Translations under genes and position numbers: made by a program
Notes under the pieces: generated by a model
Databases searched by the model: none
What the model saw: the letters and a program-made list of their open reading frames with translations, nothing else
Told to the model about the DNA's origin: nothing
Virus record (IMG/VR): IMGVR_UViG_3300036792_000096
Location: 1-64,000 of that record
Origin: a virus
DNA length: 64,000 bases
Reading direction: 5' to 3' (one strand)
Shown here: positions 47,851 through 56,794 of the stretch, piece by piece
How the letters are laid out: each line of letters opens with the position of its first letter
Position numbering within the stretch: position 1 is the first letter of the stretch

Positions 47851-48732
47851 GTGGGCTCGGCAGCGACTCTCGTGATCTACCACGCTGACTGCTGGGATGG
47901 CTTCTGCGCGGCGTGGCTCATGCACCGCTACTACCCGGGCGACATTGCATTCCACGCCTCCCACTACGAGGATCCGCCTCCCAATGTGCGAGGCCACCGC
48001 GTCTTCGTGCTGGACTTCTCGTACCCCAGAGAGACCTTGGAAAAGATGGCGAAGGCCGCTGATGAACTGACCGTGCTTGACCACCACAAGACGGCAGAGG
48101 AAGCCTTAGCCGGGCTCCCGTACTGCACCTTCGACATGACGAAGTCTGGGGGGCAGCTAACTTGGGAGTGGCTCATGAAGGAGGGGTACCCGCCACCCAA
48201 ACCGGCGGCTACCGGTTCGGCTTGGGAGCCTCCCGAACCGCCGTGGCTCGTGGACTACACGGCCGACAGGGACCTATGGCGCTTTGCGCTACCCCGGTCC
48301 CGCGAGGTCAATGCGGCCTTGCGTTCCTACCCGCTCACCTTCGACGCGTGGGACGATCTGGCTCGTCGCGGTCAGGGCCGTCTCCACGACGGGTTCGACT
48401 CGGAAGCGTTTGCCGACGAGGGCTCGGCCATTCTCCGGGCGGAATCTGTGGCTGTGCAGGCGCATGTCGCTGGGGCCAAGGAAATCGACATCGACGGCTA
48501 TAAGGTGCTTGCGACCAACGCCACATGGCTGCATTCCGAGATCGCTGGCACGCTGGCGAAGGGGCGCCCGTTCGGCGCCACATGGTTCGAGCGGGATAAC
48601 GTCCACCAATGGAGCCTCCGCTCAGACGAGCACGGCATCGACGTGGGAGAACTCGCACGCCAGCACGGCGGTGGGGGCCATGTCCACGCGGCAGGATTCG
48701 AGGTACCTATCCCGGGAAGGACGAGCCCATGA
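47851..48732 (+). CDS. DHH/DHHA1 family phosphoesterase
   Basis: VIYHADCWDGF, VLDFS, LDHHKT, DRDLW, SLRS, GGGGHVHAAGF. Confidence 0.92.
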   Translation: MGSAATLVIYHADCWDGFCAAWLMHRYYPGDIAFHASHYEDPPPNVRGHRVFVLDFSYPRETLEKMAKAADELTVLDHHKTAEEALAGLPYCTFDMTKSGGQLTWEWLMKEGYPPPKPAATGSAWEPPEPPWLVDYTADRDLWRFALPRSREVNAALRSYPLTFDAWDDLARRGQGRLHDGFDSEAFADEGSAILRAESVAVQAHVAGAKEIDIDGYKVLATNATWLHSEIAGTLAKGRPFGATWFERDNVHQWSLRSDEHGIDVGELARQHGGGGHVHAAGFEVPIPGRTSP

Positions 48733-51341
48733 CCAAGACCGCCACCCGAAGCCGCCGCACCGTGACTGCTGCTACCCCTCCGCCTCCATCTGGCCCCACG
48801 GCACCGGCCCCAGACACGCCAGCGGCCCCCGTCGACCCCATGCCAGCATCCGGCATGGTCTGCCTGATCCTTGACGACGACACGACGAAAGCGCTCGACG
48901 CCGCCTTCCCGCCACCCGACGGCGCCACCGTTCCTGTTCCCAGACACGTCACCTTAAATTTCTTGGGCGACGTGAGCGCGCTGGACCGGGACACCGTGGA
49001 ATCGGCCATCTCCGCTGCCCTGTCGGACGCTGGCGAGGACGGAGACGCGGGATCGGCCGACGGCACGGAGACCATCTCGGGAGTCTTCGGGGGACTGGCA
49101 CGGTTCACAGCCGAGACCGACGAGGACGGCAACGAGGGCAACGGCTCCCTGACGCCCATCGTCGCCCTGTTCGACAGCCCCGGCTTGGACGATATCCAGG
49201 ATGCCCTCGAGGACGCCCTGACGGCTGTGGGGATGCCAGAGCCGACGCATGGGTTTACTGCCCACAGCACACTTTTCAGGGCGGACCTGGGGGACACGGC
49301 CACCGTCGCCTTCCCCGCCCCGCCAGCGGTCAAGGCCAGCTTCACCCAGATCGCCCTTGTCTGGGGCGACTACGCGGATGCGGCTAACGTGACCATGTTC
49401 CCGGTCGGGGGCTCGGGCGAAGGCACGCCCGCGGCAGCCCCTGCCCCCGAGGAGACAGGCCAGCAGGCCCACGTCATCAAGCACACCCATGCCCCGGGGG
49501 ACCCGCTCAAGGACGAAGATGAGAACATGGGGGCGAAGCTGGCTGAGTCAGACATGCCGCCTCCGGTTGCCGCCGTGCCTGCCGCGCCCGATCCCGACGC
49601 CCCGGCACCCGCCGAGGAGCCGAGCGGCCGGCCCCCCGCCGTTCCGGGCCCGTTGGGAAGGTTCGAATGCCTGCTGGTTACCGAGGGTGAACCAACGGAC
49701 GATGGCCGGATCATCAAGCCTGGCGCTCTGAGGTTCCGTGATCCGCCCCTTCCCTTCACCTTCACCCTGATCGACTCGGGCCATGCCGATGCCCGCTTGG
49801 GCGGTGTCCTGACCGCCGTCACCCGAGACGGGGACGCCATCATGGGCGAGGGAATCTACGCCGACAACGAGGACGGGTACGAGCTCAAGGCAGCCGTGGA
49901 TCAGGGCCTGCTCACATGGGTGTCGATCGACGTCGGGGACGACACGGTCGATATCGGCCTGGATGCCGACGGCACGGAGACGATGGTGCTGCTGGACGGG
50001 CTGCTCATGGGCGCCTGTGCCCTTCCCTTCGCCGCGCAGAACACGACTTGGATCCGCTCCGTCCCCGGCTCGGAGGCGCCGATGAGTCCGGACGGGCCCG
50101 GTGGGCCGAGCATGCTCCCGCTCCCGGCCCTCTTGGCGTCCGCCGGGAAAGTCACGCTGCGGAGCGTCCCGACGGATGATTGGCAGTACGAGTCCCTGAC
50201 GGCATCGGCCACCGTATGTGCCTGCGCTGGTCAGGACGAAGGGTCGGAACGCTTCGGAGCGCCTCTGTATCCCGAGGACGACTGGTTCAGCGTCCCACCG
50301 CCCGAGGACCTGACGCCGCTAACGGTGCTGGCGTCTGGGCAAGCCTACTTCCACGCCTCCGGGAACACCTGCCACATCGCCATCCCCGGAACGTGCATCA
50401 AGGCGAACGATCCGATGATGGATCGGGACTTCTCAGCGTTCCACAAGGGCCTTGACGGTCTCTCTCGGGGGATACTGACCGCCTCTGGCGAGCAGATTCA
50501 GGTAGGCCAAGTGACTCTGTACGGAGGCCATGCCGATGTGGCCCTGTCGGCTGACGCCGCTCGGCGGCACTACGACGAAACACGGAGCGCCATCCTTGAT
50601 GTGCGCGCCGTGTGGGACTCCCGCAATGAGACCTTGTGGTGCTGCGGAGCCCTGCGCTACCGGGCGACGAAGGCGGAGGTGCAGGAACTGCGGGCCACAG
50701 GCCACGTCTCAATCGACTATCGCCTCCTGCTGCCTGACGGCAGCCCAGGACTACCGGGCCAGCGCGGAGCCAAGCTGCGCCTGATTGCCCTGCCCGTGAT
50801 TCCTGTGGGTGGACTCCCGCCGATCAAGGCGTTCGCAGCGTCGGGCAACCTCGTGTCAGTGATCCTCTCGGATTCGAGCGAGTTCGGGCCGACGGGTGGC
50901 AGCGTCACGGACAAGGACTGGGACGGCTCGGCCAGCCGCTTCAACGATGCCCAGTACCAGAAAGCGGCAGCCGCCTGCGACCCCGCGGACAAAGGAACCG
51001 TCAAATCCCGTTGTTTCCTCCCACATCACGAACCGGACGGCACGATCAATCGTAACGGCGTCCATGCTGCGGCGCAGCGCGTGGGAGCGCTCGAGGGCCG
51101 AAGCCCCGACGCTGTCAGTGCGGCCAAGGCCCATCTCCGCAACCACTACCGCACGGACCTTGACGAGGATCCGCCCGACAGCCTCGGCCAGCCCAGCCAA
51201 GCCATGACCGCCGATGGGCTGCTGCTGGATCTGGCGAAGGACATGTACGGCCGACGGCTGGACGACGAAGCCTCCGCGCTGGCCGGGGTGCATCGCCAGG
51301 AAGTGGACCGGCTCGGAGGGAAGATCCTGACGCCCCGGTAG
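48729..51341 (+). CDS. Head maturation protease-like protein with an N-terminal 2H phosphoesterase (2'-5' RNA ligase/Acb1-like) domain
   Basis: HVTL and HSTL 2H motifs; EGEPTDDGR...GH...VSID...GACALPFAAQ protease-like core; located between portal and capsid genes. Confidence 0.78.
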   Translation: MTKTATRSRRTVTAATPPPPSGPTAPAPDTPAAPVDPMPASGMVCLILDDDTTKALDAAFPPPDGATVPVPRHVTLNFLGDVSALDRDTVESAISAALSDAGEDGDAGSADGTETISGVFGGLARFTAETDEDGNEGNGSLTPIVALFDSPGLDDIQDALEDALTAVGMPEPTHGFTAHSTLFRADLGDTATVAFPAPPAVKASFTQIALVWGDYADAANVTMFPVGGSGEGTPAAAPAPEETGQQAHVIKHTHAPGDPLKDEDENMGAKLAESDMPPPVAAVPAAPDPDAPAPAEEPSGRPPAVPGPLGRFECLLVTEGEPTDDGRIIKPGALRFRDPPLPFTFTLIDSGHADARLGGVLTAVTRDGDAIMGEGIYADNEDGYELKAAVDQGLLTWVSIDVGDDTVDIGLDADGTETMVLLDGLLMGACALPFAAQNTTWIRSVPGSEAPMSPDGPGGPSMLPLPALLASAGKVTLRSVPTDDWQYESLTASATVCACAGQDEGSERFGAPLYPEDDWFSVPPPEDLTPLTVLASGQAYFHASGNTCHIAIPGTCIKANDPMMDRDFSAFHKGLDGLSRGILTASGEQIQVGQVTLYGGHADVALSADAARRHYDETRSAILDVRAVWDSRNETLWCCGALRYRATKAEVQELRATGHVSIDYRLLLPDGSPGLPGQRGAKLRLIALPVIPVGGLPPIKAFAASGNLVSVILSDSSEFGPTGGSVTDKDWDGSASRFNDAQYQKAAAACDPADKGTVKSRCFLPHHEPDGTINRNGVHAAAQRVGALEGRSPDAVSAAKAHLRNHYRTDLDEDPPDSLGQPSQAMTADGLLLDLAKDMYGRRLDDEASALAGVHRQEVDRLGGKILTPR

Positions 51342-51351
51342 GCGGGATGCG

Positions 51352-51690
51352 ATGATGTTGCGCATGAACGAACGGCCGATGCGCACCCCCGAGGTGGCCC
51401 GCATGCTGGGCGTGTCGTTCCGGCAACTCGACTACTGGTGTCGTGCCGGCTTCATCCCCGACGCCGAATCTCCCGGCTCCGGGCGTCAACGCTCATGGAC
51501 CGCAGAGCAGGTACGGGCTGCGGAGGAGATCGCCACCGTCTTCGTCCTGCGAAGCGACGAGAACCGTCACTCCCGTCCCGACTACGGGCGGCTCCTGACC
51601 CTCGTGCGCAACCTCCGGGCCATGGGGCTCGACCCGCTGGAGCTGGCAGGGGTGAAGGCCGATGCTGAGGCGACTCCGAGAAGCGCTTGA
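51352..51690 (+). CDS. MerR-like HTH protein
   Basis: EVARMLGVSFRQLDYWCRAGFI...GSGRQRSW. Confidence 0.85.
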   Translation: MMLRMNERPMRTPEVARMLGVSFRQLDYWCRAGFIPDAESPGSGRQRSWTAEQVRAAEEIATVFVLRSDENRHSRPDYGRLLTLVRNLRAMGLDPLELAGVKADAEATPRSA

Positions 51691-52236
51691 GCGGAGGCGG
51701 GACCGCAGGCAATGTCCCCACCCGGAGCACCGGGTACGCTGCGTGCATGGAGACGAGGCGGTGCTCTGCCGCTCCCGGCGCAAGTGCCTTGAGTGCAGTC
51801 GCTACCTTCCCGGCCCGCTTCCCGAGCGGTGCTGGTACACCGGGGAGCCCCACGTGTCGCTGAGGAAGCCTGAGTGAGCCTCATTGACGACCTTGCAGCA
51901 CTCCTGCGGAACGCGCAGGATCACGAACGGCTGTTCGCAGCCATGACCCGATTGGAGACGAGAATGGGAGCGATAGAGGACGCACTGGCAGCAGTGAACA
52001 CGCAACTTTCGGACGCAGCGGCAGCCGCGAAGACCCGGGATACAGCAGAGCAGGCCGCACTGACGGCGCTGAACGACCACGTCGCGACACTGGAATCCGA
52101 ACTCGCCGGAACCACGATCTCCGCGGCTGCGCAGGCGTCAATCGACGGGATCAAGGCATCGATCGGTGTGATCGGCGGTCTCGATCCGGCTGCGGCTGCG
52201 GTCCCCCCTCCCGTCACGCCACCGGCCACGCCCTAG
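51662..52236 (+). CDS. Two hypothetical genes (51662-51877 Cys-rich; 51874-52236 coiled-coil)
   Basis: Coupled ORFs. Confidence 0.55.
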
Positions 52237-52244
52237 CGTTTTCC

Positions 52245-52525
52245 CAAATAGGGGCAGAGGCACCGAAGCGACTACAGCCAGGGATGAGCCCTCCAGCCGA
52301 GCAAGGTGAGGGACGGGTATGGCACAGCCGGGAGTGTGCTGCCAAGGGTCGCTGAGCCGAAGCCCCGCTCAAGAGAAGAACGGTGACAAACCGGTACCGG
52401 AGAGGACACACTCGGCTTGCTCTCCGGACCGGTCACCGCTAACATCGGATCGTCTACAGCGAACGGAGGGACCTACCGGTTCCTCAGCGACGAGGCCCTA
52501 CTTCCTTGGGGGCCTCGTTCCTTTT
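52245..52525 (+). ncRNA. Candidate structured ncRNA with a loop-loop pseudoknot
   Basis: Nested stems, a long hairpin at 52381-52438, complementary loops, and a terminal GC hairpin with U tract. Confidence 0.5.
52491..52525 (+). terminator. Intrinsic terminator
   Basis: CGAGGCCC...GGGCCTCG followed by TTCCTTTT. Confidence 0.7.
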
Positions 52526-52536
52526 CGTGGGACTAA

Positions 52537-52566
52537 TTGACAAGTCTCCACATCGCCAATCATGAT
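52537..52566 (+). promoter_or_regulatory. Capsid gene promoter
   Basis: TTGACA 52537-52542, 18 nt, CATGAT 52561-52566. Confidence 0.6.
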
Positions 52567-52698
52567 GTGGCCCAAGCACACCAGCGTCCAGACGGGCGCT
52601 AGCGGCGAGGGCGTCCAAGACGGGCGTCCGGCAAGGAAGCACCTCGGAGCCATCACGGCCCGTGATCTTGTCGGCGCGTCCTGTCGAAAGGCCCTCCC

Positions 52699-54570
52699 GT
52701 GCAACCCCACCCCCGCACCACAGGCTTCCGCTTTCCCGCGGGCAGCCCGTTCCCGCTGTGGCGACCGTTCCAAGTCTGTCTCGCCCCCGACGACGACAAG
52801 CCGGGCGCCGAGCCGCAGCCCCTGGTCCCCGAAGACCTCACCGCCCTCGACCAGAAGACCCTCGCCCGCACCGAAGCGGACCTCCTGAAGAAGGGCAAGC
52901 GCCTCCAGGACGCCCCCGCCTCCGCCGAGACCGTGGCGGAACTCCGCGAGGTCGTGGGAGCGCTCGGCAAGGTCCGGGCCGAGGTCACCCGCCGAGCCGA
53001 GGAGGCAGCCCAGCACGAGGACGAGAAGGCAGCGCTCCTCGCCGAGCTCGAACCAGCCGCTGTCGCCGATGTCGAAGACCCCGAAGGCACAGAGCCCGCA
53101 GAGGGCGAGACCGAGGGCACCGAAGGCGAGCCGGCCGAGACGGCACCGGCCGCACCCGAGCCCGTGGGTATCGCCGCATCCGCCGACCCCGCGCCTGTCC
53201 CCGTCCGCACCCGGCCCCGGGCGCCGTCGGTCCGGGACATCCCGGCGAACGCCATCCGGCCCGAGCACCGCCCTCGCCTCGAAGCTCCCCGCTCCAAGGT
53301 GACCATCACCGCCTCGGGTGACGTGCCCGGCTTCTCCGCCGGAATGGCCCTGGATGAGAGCGAACTGGGGAAGGCCTTCGCTGACAAGGCCTGGTCCATG
53401 CTCCGCGGTGCGCCGAAGTCCCGGGACTACTCAACATCGTCGTCCGTGGTCTCCATCGGAGTGGAGTACCCCGAGGAGCGCACGCTCCGGGACAATGACA
53501 CCACCACCTCCAACATGGCGAAGATCGAGGCGGTGACCGCCTCCGGGGCCCGCAAGCGGGGTCTGACCGCCAAGGGTCCGAACGCCATCGTCGCCGCCGG
53601 CGGTCTCTGCGCCCCCGTGGCCGTGGACTACAGCCTCATGACGCTCGGCACGCCGGCCCGGCCAGTCAAGGACGCCCTGGTGCGCTTCGGTGCCGAACGA
53701 GGCGGTCTCCGCTTCATCACCCCGCCGCACCTCAGCGATGTCGCCCCCGGCGTCTCGCTCTGGACGCACCAGACGGACGCCGCCTGGACAACGGGGATGC
53801 CGACGAAGCCCTTCGTCATCGTCACCTGTGGTACGGAGACCGTCGTGCAGGTCGACGCCATCACGCTCGGGATCGTCGTCGGCAACTTTGATCGCATGAC
53901 CTTCCCGGAGCACTTCGCAGCTTGGTACAAGCTGGCGCAGGTCTACTTCGGCCGCTTCGCCGACTCGCACCTCCTCGACCAGATCGCAACCGCCTCCGTG
54001 GCGACCAACACCACCCAGGACCTTGGTGCCGCCCGGGACATCCTGGTCCACTTGGGTACGGCTGCGGCCGGCTATCGGTCGCGCAACCGCATGGAGACCG
54101 ACGAGATCCTCCAAGTGCTTCTGCCGGCGTGGACCCGGGACCTCATGCGGGCGGACTTTACCCGCCAGCACCCCGGCGACGAGGCGGTGCAGCTCGCGGA
54201 CGGCGAGATCAACGGCTACCTGGCAGCCAGCAACCTCGAGCCGACGTGGTACCTCGATGGCCCGAACACGGGCGTGAACCAAATCTTTACCAGCCAAGGC
54301 GCCGGGTCGCTCGAGGGATTCCCCGGCACCGTCCAGGCCTTCATGTTCGCCCCCGGCTCGTTCCTCCACCTGGACGGCGGAATGCTGGACCTCGGAGTGG
54401 AGATTCGGGACTTTACGTTAGATCTCCAAAATAGGGTAGGTGGCTTTCTTGAGACCTTCGAGGCAGTGGCGTATCACGGCGTTGAAGCCCTTCAAGTGAA
54501 TATGCGGGTTTGTCCGTCTGGTGGAACGAGCGCTGCCGTTCTTCCATCCACGCCTTGCTACGGAAGCTAG
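52699..54570 (+). CDS. Major capsid (hexamer) protein with N-terminal scaffold region
   Basis: Coiled-coil/acidic N-terminus; AAGGLCAPVAVDY, RGGLRF, PGSFLHLDGGMLDLG; strongly biased codon usage. Confidence 0.88.
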   Translation: MQPHPRTTGFRFPAGSPFPLWRPFQVCLAPDDDKPGAEPQPLVPEDLTALDQKTLARTEADLLKKGKRLQDAPASAETVAELREVVGALGKVRAEVTRRAEEAAQHEDEKAALLAELEPAAVADVEDPEGTEPAEGETEGTEGEPAETAPAAPEPVGIAASADPAPVPVRTRPRAPSVRDIPANAIRPEHRPRLEAPRSKVTITASGDVPGFSAGMALDESELGKAFADKAWSMLRGAPKSRDYSTSSSVVSIGVEYPEERTLRDNDTTTSNMAKIEAVTASGARKRGLTAKGPNAIVAAGGLCAPVAVDYSLMTLGTPARPVKDALVRFGAERGGLRFITPPHLSDVAPGVSLWTHQTDAAWTTGMPTKPFVIVTCGTETVVQVDAITLGIVVGNFDRMTFPEHFAAWYKLAQVYFGRFADSHLLDQIATASVATNTTQDLGAARDILVHLGTAAAGYRSRNRMETDEILQVLLPAWTRDLMRADFTRQHPGDEAVQLADGEINGYLAASNLEPTWYLDGPNTGVNQIFTSQGAGSLEGFPGTVQAFMFAPGSFLHLDGGMLDLGVEIRDFTLDLQNRVGGFLETFEAVAYHGVEALQVNMRVCPSGGTSAAVLPSTPCYGS

Positions 54571-54587
54571 TGAGACAGGTTCAGAGG

Positions 54588-55676
54588 TCAGGCTGGGGTC
54601 GGCTTCGGCTGGCCCCAGCCGGGCATGTCCCGCGGGTCGTAGATCACGCCGAGGCTTCCGGGCTCAGACCCCATCCGTCGCTCCTTACGGGCGCGGGCCT
54701 CACGCCACTCCTCCGGCGTCCGGTTGTACTTCTCGTTGTTGCAGGGTTGGCACGCACCCGTCACGTTCCAGCGCGTGTGGGAACCCCCGCGGGCCAAGGG
54801 AACGATGTGCTCGACAACGAGGGGTGGCCGGTGCAGATGGCAGTACGAGCAGACGCCGACCTGTTCGGCCATCATCTCTGCGACCTGCTCGCCGGTCAGG
54901 TCATTCACGGGGGCTCCGAGCTCGAGTGCCCTGCGCTGGTTGGTGTAGTTCCGGTACCGCTCTGGGTCCTTTGCCTTACCTTTGCGGTACGCTGCCGCTC
55001 CCTTGCCCGCTTGCTGAAAACGGATCTGGCGCAGGGCCTTGAGCTGAGGATTCTCTCCCATCGCTGGCATATGCGGCAGCACGCCTTGCTCACGTCGGCG
55101 CACCTTCAGAGCGCCCTTGGTGCAGGCCTTGCATACTGGCGAGGGACCCTCGTAGTTGTCCCGTTTGTTCCTCACGATGTAGTAGTCGGTGAGCGGCTTC
55201 CACTTGCCGCAGAGGAAACAGACCTGACCCTCCACGCTCTCCACGGCCGTGACCTCGCGGAAGCGCCGGATCTCCATGCCAGCAGCCCGGCGGGCCTTTT
55301 CACCAGCCACCTTCATCCCAGCAGTAGTGCAGTCCTTGCAGCGGTAATCCGTGATCCCGTCCTCTCGTGGATAGAACTCGCTGACCGGCTTCACCTGATC
55401 GCAGGTCCGGCACAACCGTTGCCCGTCACCCACCACGACCTCCCGAGAAGCGTCAAGGTGGGCGAAGTGGTGTTCGGGGCAGCGTCCTCGCATGTAGGCA
55501 GGAACGGAGCATCCGGGCTCTTGGCAAGGCAACGCATCCGGTCCCACCGATTCCAGGAACCGCTGCGTCTTGGTAGCCCGCATGTCGTGCATCCCGCAGA
55601 GTCCGTGCGTGCGGGAGGGCTTGTCGCACGAGGGATGACCGCAGATTCCGCGGCTCCCTTTGATACCCTTGGGCAT
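54588..55676 (-). CDS. HNH homing endonuclease with zinc-finger repeats
   Basis: CSYC...EHIVPLARGGSHTRWNVTGACQPCNNEK; CRTC..VKPVSEFY repeats. Confidence 0.92.
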   Translation of the reverse strand: MPKGIKGSRGICGHPSCDKPSRTHGLCGMHDMRATKTQRFLESVGPDALPCQEPGCSVPAYMRGRCPEHHFAHLDASREVVVGDGQRLCRTCDQVKPVSEFYPREDGITDYRCKDCTTAGMKVAGEKARRAAGMEIRRFREVTAVESVEGQVCFLCGKWKPLTDYYIVRNKRDNYEGPSPVCKACTKGALKVRRREQGVLPHMPAMGENPQLKALRQIRFQQAGKGAAAYRKGKAKDPERYRNYTNQRRALELGAPVNDLTGEQVAEMMAEQVGVCSYCHLHRPPLVVEHIVPLARGGSHTRWNVTGACQPCNNEKYNRTPEEWREARARKERRMGSEPGSLGVIYDPRDMPGWGQPKPTPA

Positions 55677-55757
55677 GTCGCTGACCTCTCGCTAGGTTGC
55701 GGCCGGGTCCCCGGGTGTCTCACCACCGCGGGGGCCTTCTCTTCTCCCACCATTCTA
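55677..55757 (-). promoter_or_regulatory. -10 box and structured leader (copy B)
   Basis: TAGAAT (55757-55752); CCCCG-CGGTG...CACC-CGGGG hairpin; ACCT/AGGT hairpin over the GAGAGGT RBS. Confidence 0.55.
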
Positions 55758-55795
55758 CGGATGGGTACCGACACCCAGAGCCGGGAAATGGCCGC

Positions 55796-56794
55796 ATGAA
55801 AGAACCCTCAGAAATGCCCCGGCGCATCGCCCTGTGGGGAAACTTCGGAGTGCCTTGGACGACGGAAACTCACGTCGCTCTGTCTCTCGAATCCCTCGGC
55901 CACACCGTCATCCGGCTGCAAGAGGGGACGGTACGGGCGGTGGACTTCGCTGAGCGAGTCATCGCCGAGGGATGCTCACTGGCAATCTGGATTCAGACGT
56001 ACGGTTTAGCCGTCACCGGTGGCACCGCAGAGGAACGCTACGGCGCGCTAGCCCGACTCCGGGAGGCCGGCATCCCGACCATGGGGTTTCACTTGGACAG
56101 GTTCTGGGATGTCAAGGACGGCCGAGCAGACCGAATCCCCACGGAGCCCTTCTTCCGCACGGACCTGCTTGCCACGGCCGACGAGGGTGGGGGGCGGTGG
56201 CAGGAACAGGGGATCAACGCCGTGTGGTCCCCGCCAGGCATCTACCACGGCGAGGCGGTGCGAGGGACGCCTCGCCGTGAGTACCGCAGCCCCGTCGTCT
56301 TCGTCGGCAGTTGGCGGGGGGTCTACCACCCCGAGTGGACGCACCGCCGGGAACTCGTCCAGCATCTCCAAACCCGCTGGCGCCATGAGTGCGCCTTCTG
56401 GCCGCGAGGCGAAGCCGTCCGTGGCCAAAACCTGATCGACCTCTACGCCTCCGTCGATATCGTGGTGGGGGATTCGTTCATGACGCCCGGTTCCTACGCT
56501 TTCCACTCAGATCGAATTCCGGAGACTTTGGGTAGAGGGGCGTTTTTGGTCCATCCGTACAATCCGGGCTTGGAGACTCTGTACGAGGACGGCAAGCACC
56601 TCCGCTACTGGCCGCTCGGGGACTGGGCAGAACTGGACCGGCTCATCCGCTACTACCTAGACCACCCCGAGGAGCGGCAGGCCATCGCCGACGCCGGCCA
56701 GCGACACGTACAGGAGTCCCACACCTACAGAGAACGCATGAAGCGCCTGCTGCCGATGGCTCTCGCCCTCAAGCCCGCTGAGGCTGCGGTATGA
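55796..56794 (+). CDS. Glycosyltransferase (CgeB/Glyco_trans_1_2-like, GT-B)
   Basis: VVFVGS, LYAS...GDS, SDRIPETLGRG, YLDHPEERQAIA...HTY. Confidence 0.85.
   Translation: MKEPSEMPRRIALWGNFGVPWTTETHVALSLESLGHTVIRLQEGTVRAVDFAERVIAEGCSLAIWIQTYGLAVTGGTAEERYGALARLREAGIPTMGFHLDRFWDVKDGRADRIPTEPFFRTDLLATADEGGGRWQEQGINAVWSPPGIYHGEAVRGTPRREYRSPVVFVGSWRGVYHPEWTHRRELVQHLQTRWRHECAFWPRGEAVRGQNLIDLYASVDIVVGDSFMTPGSYAFHSDRIPETLGRGAFLVHPYNPGLETLYEDGKHLRYWPLGDWAELDRLIRYYLDHPEERQAIADAGQRHVQESHTYRERMKRLLPMALALKPAEAAV

Noticed and set aside
52626-52643. GTCCGGCAAGGAAGCACC resembles the SRP RNA domain IV sequence
   Set aside because: It lacks the upstream TCAGG strand, GNRA geometry and long SRP helix; it overlaps a leader hairpin and is probably coincidental
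54510-55799. 429-aa plus-strand ORF
   Set aside because: Antisense shadow of the HNH gene; no motifs or RBS
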